Positions 57,896 through 64,000 of a DNA stretch of 64,000 bases are shown here, in pieces. Numbering within the stretch: position 1 is the stretch's first letter; every line of letters begins with the position of its first letter. Location of the stretch: the sequence record OR050627.1; one strand, given 5' to 3'. The notes below the pieces were generated by a model. That model worked only from the letters and a program-made list of their open reading frames with translations, did not search any database and was not told where the DNA came from. A program made the position numbers and the translations under genes.

Positions 57896-58129
57896 ATGAA
57901 TAAATTAGCACAACTATTAGGCAGATTATTTGCAGGACCTGAACCAATCAATCCTTATTCAGAAGTCAAAACAGTAAACGTGGATGCTACGGTACATCCA
58001 GAAAATAACGTAACTGTTGGAGAGCATAAAGGCATTAACTATGCAGGTACTATGCATGACATTCACTGGAACAACCTTAAAGGAGACTTCCGTACAACTT
58101 CACCAAACGAAATGCTATTCAAATATTGA
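57896..58129 (+). CDS. Hypothetical protein
   Basis: 77-aa ORF. Confidence 0.55.
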   Translation: MNKLAQLLGRLFAGPEPINPYSEVKTVNVDATVHPENNVTVGEHKGINYAGTMHDIHWNNLKGDFRTTSPNEMLFKY

Positions 58130-58196
58130 TTTTTACAAAAATCAAAATGTTAGCACATACAAAACACTACTTATTAACAAACTAAACATACAAACA

Positions 58197-58496
58197 ATGG
58201 GAAATATTTTATATCACGTAACTAAACAGCCAGTAGAGGCTAGAAAACTTACAATTGACAAATTACAGCTAACTAATATTGCCGATGTAGCCGAGCTACT
58301 AAAAGACTCCGATAAGCCTGGCAAGGACGTTAAAGTACGATTTGCTAGAGAAGGCGAAACGTTCAAAACACTAAAGCATATGGATGTTTCGGATTTTGAT
58401 GACGAAGGTTTTGCTTGGTATTACCCCTTACCTGAATGGATTGTAAAGAAACATTTTTCAAAAGCAGTTTACAAATTTTATTGTAGAACAAACTAG
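58197..58496 (+). CDS. Hypothetical protein
   Basis: Likely start ATG 58197. Confidence 0.6.
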   Translation: MGNILYHVTKQPVEARKLTIDKLQLTNIADVAELLKDSDKPGKDVKVRFAREGETFKTLKHMDVSDFDDEGFAWYYPLPEWIVKKHFSKAVYKFYCRTN

Positions 58497-58498
58497 TT

Positions 58499-58807
58499 AT
58501 GGAAGATCAAATGTTTTTCTTTATAACAAGAGGCGCTAAGCATTCAAGAATTTTTGACATTAGAAATGTTAAGATGCTAACTAAAGCTAATGTAGTTGAA
58601 GAGCTTAGAAGCTATGAACAACAAGCTATCGTAACGTTACGCTTTGTAACGCCTGGCAATACTATACAACGTACAGATGCTATGACATTACTACAATTCC
58701 AAGAAGTATTTGGATTGTATAGACATTCAGGACTTACAGAAAAACAAATTAAAACATACTTTTCCAAGGAAGTTTACAAAGCTTGGAAAGCCGCACAAAC
58801 AAGATAA
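58499..58807 (+). CDS. Hypothetical protein
   Basis: Shares FSK.VYK tail with the previous ORF. Confidence 0.6.
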   Translation: MEDQMFFFITRGAKHSRIFDIRNVKMLTKANVVEELRSYEQQAIVTLRFVTPGNTIQRTDAMTLLQFQEVFGLYRHSGLTEKQIKTYFSKEVYKAWKAAQTR

Positions 58808-58816
58808 TCAACAATT

Positions 58817-59317
58817 ATGAAATTACTAATCATTGGACATGCACAACACGGTAAAGATACTGTAGCTGATATTATGGCAGCTAAACTAGGACTTTCTGCA
58901 ACGTCATCATCTATAACAGCAATTAACCACTGGATTTTTAAGAATCACGGAGAACGACTAGGATTTAGCTCACCAGAGGATATGTACGAACGCAGAGGCG
59001 AAATGCGTAAATTCCTTTTTGACGAAATTGTAGCATTCTGCTCACCTAATTTAGCCGCACTAGCCGAAGTACTTTTTGAAAAGCATGACATTTATGTTGG
59101 CTGCAGAAATGCTGATGAAGTCAAGGAAATTCAAAACAAAGGCTTAGTAGACTTAATCATTTACGTAGATGCTAGTGAACGTAAGCCTATGGAAAGCAAA
59201 GAGTCTTGTAACATTACAAAAGACTTAGCAGACATTATCATTGACAACAACGGTAGCTTGGCAGAGCTTAGATTCCGTTTAGCTAGCCTTTGCTACTTAC
59301 TACGCTACAATAGCTAA
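58817..59317 (+). CDS. Deoxynucleoside monophosphate kinase-like P-loop protein
   Basis: IIGHAQHGKDTVA P-loop, G.RN..E, DNNG motifs. Confidence 0.75.
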   Translation: MKLLIIGHAQHGKDTVADIMAAKLGLSATSSSITAINHWIFKNHGERLGFSSPEDMYERRGEMRKFLFDEIVAFCSPNLAALAEVLFEKHDIYVGCRNADEVKEIQNKGLVDLIIYVDASERKPMESKESCNITKDLADIIIDNNGSLAELRFRLASLCYLLRYNS

Positions 59318-59349
59318 CATAACGTTAAACCTCAACAACAAACAACATC

Positions 59350-59598
59350 ATGAACTTTAATAAAGACAAACAACCCAACGAATTTTACGTAAAGCTTAAA
59401 CAAGCTTTGGTAGTCATAACGTTATTAGTAGTTACGTTCTTACTAATAGGAGCTTTCCAGGAAGGAACGTTTAGCATATCCGAATGGAACAAAACGACTA
59501 AATTCTACATTAATGCAGGGACGTTAATTTCTATTATTTGGGTTGTTTTGTTTTTCACAAAGGGCGACGACAATCAAAACGGTCCGCAAGGAACTTAA
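59350..59598 (+). CDS. Membrane protein (two TM segments)
   Basis: Two hydrophobic stretches. Confidence 0.65.
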   Translation: MNFNKDKQPNEFYVKLKQALVVITLLVVTFLLIGAFQEGTFSISEWNKTTKFYINAGTLISIIWVVLFFTKGDDNQNGPQGT

Positions 59599-59613
59599 AA
59601 ATATACAAACATT

Positions 59614-60330
59614 ATGGGATGTCATACTTGGGTCTATGCTAACAGAAGACCTTACGATAAACAAAAAGTACAAGAACTTGCTGCAGCTGCAGCAATTCGC
59701 CAAAATGCAGAATGTATTTTGATAAATAAGTTTATAGACAAATGTACTACAGATAACACTTATTTAGCTAATGTTAAGTCTTTATTAGAATTTGTTTTTG
59801 ATTTGCATAAAGCCGCGTTTACGTGTAAAAAGTCTGAGCATAAAGTAGCAATTGCTAAAGTTCACGACTACATAGAAAGCTTTGAAGACAAAGATCTAAG
59901 TATGTGCATAAAGCTAGTATTTTATAATTCAGGCATTTATGAACGTACTGATATTTCATCAGGTATTTTCTTATGTAAATTCAAAACTTTTATAAATGGC
60001 TGCAAACAGCATTATACTGCAGAGAATTTTTTTGATCAGGCAGTAGTCGAGTCTTTAGGACTTTCTGCAACCGCACAATATGCTATAGATTATGACAATT
60101 GCACTATCGCTTTACAAGTCGAATATTATGACCCTTTCAGATTCCATGACTACAATGCGCCCACATTCTTTTCTCGTGAAGCTTTAATAGCGTACATTAA
60201 GCAAAAACCTAATATGCTTTACTTCTATAGCGCACCTAAAGCTACAGAAGCTGAACGTTTTGCGTTACTTAATGCTAAGCTTGACGAAATGTATGCAAAA
60301 TATCCTGACTTAATAATTGAATTTGGGTAA
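59614..60330 (+). CDS. Hypothetical protein
   Basis: MGCHTW start, IIEFG end; 238 aa. Confidence 0.7.
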   Translation: MGCHTWVYANRRPYDKQKVQELAAAAAIRQNAECILINKFIDKCTTDNTYLANVKSLLEFVFDLHKAAFTCKKSEHKVAIAKVHDYIESFEDKDLSMCIKLVFYNSGIYERTDISSGIFLCKFKTFINGCKQHYTAENFFDQAVVESLGLSATAQYAIDYDNCTIALQVEYYDPFRFHDYNAPTFFSREALIAYIKQKPNMLYFYSAPKATEAERFALLNAKLDEMYAKYPDLIIEFG

Positions 60331-60337
60331 CATACAG

Positions 60338-60363
60338 ACCTTTATTTTAACCTAAATAAAGGT
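60338..60363 (+). terminator. Hairpin
   Basis: ACCTTTATTT...AAATAAAGGT. Confidence 0.45.
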
Positions 60364-60376
60364 ATAATATTAAAAA

Positions 60377-61285
60377 TTGAACATGACAAAAACAGATAAA
60401 CTAAGGGCCTTAGTATCAACGCAGGACCTAGATAAAGAACGTTTAGAATTGCTAGAAAAATTGTACGACTTAGTAGATTCTTCGATAATTTACGAAATGT
60501 CGGAATACTTTACTATGCCAATAGACGTACTTTATACAGTAGTTCAGGATGCTATTGAATATGACCATCAAGCAGTAATGGCAGGTGAACTTGATTCAAA
60601 ATCATTTATTGTAGAATATGACGGCTTAATAGACCAGGACGTTACTAATAACAATAGTGTCATTAGTCTTATAGAATCGCAAATTGCAAGTCTAGGAATG
60701 TTTGCACCTACGCACTTGGCAGAAGCTTTGGCGTCATGCAAAGTGGACGTAATTTACAGAGCTGTTTGGATTAACGTAACTGGTAAAGTCAAGTTGATTG
60801 TTTGGTTTAACGATGATGCTTCGCTAAAAGAAATTAGATTTTATGGAGTTTCGGATGTTAACAGATCGGATGAGTCTTTTGAACTAGCGTCATACATTTA
60901 CATTAACCGACATTCAATTTTTGACGATGGCACTATGAATGGCATAAAAGCATGGCATACTATGATGTGGGAAAATGACAAAAAACTTATGTCATACATG
61001 CCAATGGTTGTAGATAATTTACAGTTTTTTGCAGACAACGGTGTTTCACAAAGAGTGCTTAATAAAGTTACGCATTCTGGTGAACTTAACTATGGTATGT
61101 ACATGAATATTTTAACACCGGATTCTATTGGTGAAGCTATGAACGGCGCGCATTTTAGAAAGCATCCACTTAACAAACTTAACATCAAAGGAACTTACAT
61201 ATCGTATTTGCATGAACTTGCATTACACGTTATAGTTCACCGATACAAACTAACAGCAAAATCAAAAGACGAAGATGCTAATTAA
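60377..61285 (+). CDS. Hypothetical protein (start likely ATG 60383)
   Basis: About 300-aa ORF. Confidence 0.7.
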   Translation: MNMTKTDKLRALVSTQDLDKERLELLEKLYDLVDSSIIYEMSEYFTMPIDVLYTVVQDAIEYDHQAVMAGELDSKSFIVEYDGLIDQDVTNNNSVISLIESQIASLGMFAPTHLAEALASCKVDVIYRAVWINVTGKVKLIVWFNDDASLKEIRFYGVSDVNRSDESFELASYIYINRHSIFDDGTMNGIKAWHTMMWENDKKLMSYMPMVVDNLQFFADNGVSQRVLNKVTHSGELNYGMYMNILTPDSIGEAMNGAHFRKHPLNKLNIKGTYISYLHELALHVIVHRYKLTAKSKDEDAN

Positions 61286-61661
61286 GCCAAACGACTTAGT
61301 AAAACAAGCTTTTCATAAACGAACAAATATAGCTTCGGACTACCTAACTAACTTACGTGATACAAACATTTACGTAAGTTTAGTAGCCTTAGCAAACGAC
61401 AAATGCCGAGAACATGAAAATGTATCTTGGCATTGTGCTTTTTGCATTGGCGAAATGACTATAAATTGTTCGGACTTTTCAGCACTAAAATTTGAAGACT
61501 TTCTATGCGACAAATGCGTCGAGATTCCAAAATCTGACGCATTGTGCATGAATGTTATAAAGTCGTCGAATAACCTGTTCATTAACTTACAGAACAGGAT
61601 TCGACATAATTTTAAAGGAACTGAGTTACCTACTATTAGTGTTAAACGTACATATCGCTAG
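61275..61661 (+). CDS. Hypothetical zinc-ribbon protein
   Basis: CAFC...CDKC. Confidence 0.6.
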   Translation: MLIKPNDLVKQAFHKRTNIASDYLTNLRDTNIYVSLVALANDKCREHENVSWHCAFCIGEMTINCSDFSALKFEDFLCDKCVEIPKSDALCMNVIKSSNNLFINLQNRIRHNFKGTELPTISVKRTYR

Positions 61662-61668
61662 GTGATTG

Positions 61669-63612
61669 CTACCCAACCCACTCATCAAAGCCATCACCAT
61701 AAAAATCATCAACTTCCTTACCTCCTAGCTCAAATAAAGCCTCCATGGCATCCTCAATAAATGATACATAATTGTCATTGGCTTTGTCAATATAAGCACA
61801 AAGGTTAACTAATGTCATTACAGTATCATCCTTAAAGCCATCTGCGGCACCGTATGAATTTTTGATCTTACCAAAATATTTAAGCTGGTCTATCGTAATT
61901 AATTCGTTAACTACTATACGACCAGATTCAAGGTCAGACTTAGCATTCGGTACGTACATGGCTTTTGTTGCTGAGCTAAGGTGAACTCCTGCCTTAGATT
62001 TGTCGCCTACTTGTGTACGTGCGAAGTTCTCAACTTCAATTGGAACTATACGGCCAACTGACTCTGTACGTAAGTAATTCAAAAATGCTTCGCCATATTT
62101 GTTGTACTCTACAGAAATTCTATAACGATCTTCCGACATCATTTTTGTACAGAAAGAACGTAGCCAGTATGCTGTAGCTTTTGGCGTCGCATTATTGCCA
62201 ATCATTATTGCTACCTGCCCCCAATAAATGTCATAATCTTCAAAAAGATCATCGCCCATTTGGAAATCGTCATCACCATCTACCATGTAGTCTAGTGAGT
62301 CTGACGGGTTTAGTAGATTGTTGTAGTAGTCATCGACACTCTGCTTTTTAGGCGCAGCTTCAATCTTTTCGACTTTTGGCCTAGCCATAAGCTTAAAGAA
62401 ATTGAACACCGTGTCATCGGCGCCAATGCCTTCAGCAATATCGCAAGTTACTATAAAGAAGTCTTTCTTCCAGTCTATAGTAATGTCCTTTCTAACCTTG
62501 AAATTTTTGATTGGCTCAACTTGGTCAAGCATTTTACGACCTGTTGCATTAAGAATATCAAACGCAAATGGTAATACATGGAATTGCTCGGCATCGTCAA
62601 ATAGTCGTTCATAAGGTACGTAAACAGACTGATCACGTTCAAGTTGAGAAATAAAGTCCTCATTGAAAATTGTCTGTGTAGATGAAAGGAACTTACAATT
62701 GAACTGAGTGTTAAACGCATCCTTACCATATGTTCCAAGCATTTCTTGCTTCCATGCCAAGTCTCTACCAGGCACCTCCCACCAATTTACTTTTATAGGA
62801 AAGAATTTATTTCTGCCTTCCATTGCACCATAGAAAAGCGTTTTAAAAATTCCGCCTACTGAAGGTGTTGATGAAAATATAGCCTGCCCAGTTTTTACTG
62901 CGGCGATTGTAGGTAGTGCATATTCCACTAGCTCCTGTGATTGGTTAGCTAGTGGAATATCAAGTTCGTCAATATACAAACACGTCAAAGTCTTACCTAC
63001 AAGTGCAGATTTTTTACAAGGTCCAGTAAATACTTTTGAACCGTTGTCCAGAAGTACTGAACCCCCATTCCATACAACTATACCAGGCTTCAAAAAGAAT
63101 GGTAAGTTGATAAGGATCGACTTCATTTTGTTCAAGTTTTCCCCTGCAGTAGCAGCCTTGTCACCTAGTAATGCTATTGATTCTTGGCGATGGAAAATCA
63201 GTTTCCATAGTAGGAAAATTGCAGTTGTTGTAGTCTTACCAATCTGACGACCTGAAAGAATGATAACGTATTTCTTTGTTTGCATAGCACGTAGCAAACG
63301 TTTCTGGTACTTACGCAACGTAATGTTGTTAGTCATACCAGTATCATCTACAAGCTTACAATACTTGTTAGCAAAATAAATTATGTCTTCTTTACAGCGT
63401 AGGAACTCTTCAACTTCGTCGCCCATCCAGCCCCAGTTTAGGTCGGCTTTACGTAATTCGATGTTGTTGTTAAAAAATGGAGATGCACCTTTTTTCAAAG
63501 GAAGACCATTAGCTATGGCATCCAACGCCCATTGTACGTTGGTGCTATTCCATGAAACCTTCGCCGATTCTTGTTCTTCTGCGGAGGCGAATTGGACTCG
63601 AGGATCAAACAT
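61669..63612 (-). CDS. terL: Terminase large subunit (T4 gp17-like)
   Basis: LRKYQ adenine-binding, SGRQIGKTT Walker A, LYIDE Walker B, SSTP, FNTQFNC.F, TCDIAEG.G.D nuclease, DDTVM. Confidence 0.95.
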   Translation of the reverse strand: MFDPRVQFASAEEQESAKVSWNSTNVQWALDAIANGLPLKKGASPFFNNNIELRKADLNWGWMGDEVEEFLRCKEDIIYFANKYCKLVDDTGMTNNITLRKYQKRLLRAMQTKKYVIILSGRQIGKTTTTAIFLLWKLIFHRQESIALLGDKAATAGENLNKMKSILINLPFFLKPGIVVWNGGSVLLDNGSKVFTGPCKKSALVGKTLTCLYIDELDIPLANQSQELVEYALPTIAAVKTGQAIFSSTPSVGGIFKTLFYGAMEGRNKFFPIKVNWWEVPGRDLAWKQEMLGTYGKDAFNTQFNCKFLSSTQTIFNEDFISQLERDQSVYVPYERLFDDAEQFHVLPFAFDILNATGRKMLDQVEPIKNFKVRKDITIDWKKDFFIVTCDIAEGIGADDTVFNFFKLMARPKVEKIEAAPKKQSVDDYYNNLLNPSDSLDYMVDGDDDFQMGDDLFEDYDIYWGQVAIMIGNNATPKATAYWLRSFCTKMMSEDRYRISVEYNKYGEAFLNYLRTESVGRIVPIEVENFARTQVGDKSKAGVHLSSATKAMYVPNAKSDLESGRIVVNELITIDQLKYFGKIKNSYGAADGFKDDTVMTLVNLCAYIDKANDNYVSFIEDAMEALFELGGKEVDDFYGDGFDEWVG

Positions 63613-64000
63613 TGCTTTCGTTTATGTTATGGCTTACCGTATGTTTCATTCGGTTTAGCGCCGTTATTAATTTTCTAGTTTCGACATTGACTTTATAAAC
63701 TTTTACTTCGGCATCAGGTTCTACTAACAATCCTGCTACATGGCTATGGTGCCCATCTGCAATATGAAAGTCATCTGAACAAATGAATTTTAAAGAGCTG
63801 CAGTCAATATCTGTCATTTTAGCTTTTATTTTGTCAACGTTAACTTCACATTGCGTAGGCAATAGCTTAGCTAACGGTAACGTTACGACATCTACGCCAT
63901 ACAGACGTTCTAAGTCAGCAATAGTGTCGTCAAAATGTTCATCAAATATTTGTGGCATTTGTGAACGCTTCAAGCCAATTGACTTTCTGAAATACTTATC
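63605..64000 (-). CDS. ParB/Srx-like protein, 5'-truncated by window edge
   Basis: Frame open to 64000 (DKYFRKSIGLKRSQMPQI); L.PTQ.E...DK and S.D.HIADGHH motifs. Confidence 0.75.
   Translation of the reverse strand, partial: DKYFRKSIGLKRSQMPQIFDEHFDDTIADLERLYGVDVVTLPLAKLLPTQCEVNVDKIKAKMTDIDCSSLKFICSDDFHIADGHHSHVAGLLVEPDAEVKVYKVNVETRKLITALNRMKHTVSHNINESNV

Noticed and set aside
40995-63612. Inteins in helicase, topoisomerase or terminase
   Set aside because: No C/S...HN-C/S/T splice signatures or LAGLIDADG blocks; motif spacing is explained without them.
249-63658. Most short minus-strand ORFs and nested plus-strand ORFs in the track (e.g. 18549-19136, 15857-16273, 5977-6363, 57505-57687)
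   Set aside because: They are antisense or alternate-frame shadows of well-supported genes, or overlap promoters, and have no recognisable motifs.
1-64000. Alternative genetic code (TAG or TGA recoding), as in some Bacteroidota jumbo phages
   Set aside because: Long conserved genes are intact under code 11. TAG (6826, 19212, 24108, terminase) and TGA (39512, 63605) end genes at natural boundaries. Only one internal TGA was seen.

Overview
A 64 kb, AT-rich, gene-dense fragment of a large lytic dsDNA phage with T4-like core genes: gp17-type terminase, gp39+60/gp52 topoisomerase II, gp44 clamp loader, RNase H/FEN, dCMP deaminase and dNMP kinase. A Bacteroidota host is inferred from repeated TAnnTTTG promoter boxes, A-rich leaders without Shine-Dalgarno sites, lipoprotein signals and a tandem DUF1599 gene. 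All real genes from 1 to 61661 are on the + strand; the terminase and a partial ParB-like gene converge from the right on the - strand. Layout: putative head/internal proteins (1-5.3 kb), tail-fibre module with a 2373-aa S74-chaperone fibre (5.4-16.4 kb), lysis module (16.4-19.2 kb), then about 42 kb of replication, nucleotide-metabolism and small accessory genes divided by a recurrent promoter/hairpin motif. The most striking observation is the lysis cassette. The GH108 endolysin looks split: the catalytic ORF stops early, and its missing C-terminal 'FLxGWxxR' peptidoglycan-binding segment lies at the end of the next gene, a lipoprotein. These genes are followed by a membrane-anchored PAS-domain protein and a unimolecular spanin. 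Also notable: an Ntn-hydrolase whose nucleophile Cys follows an LNE protease-like site, a degenerate stand-alone PolB palm, a fixed-spacing TAGTTG-N15-ATGTC-N12-TAnnTTTR promoter family, a DUF551-like paralog array and a candidate structured RNA. No tRNA, rRNA, CRISPR array, intein or recoded genetic code was seen. All family assignments come from motif recognition by eye; no database search was run.
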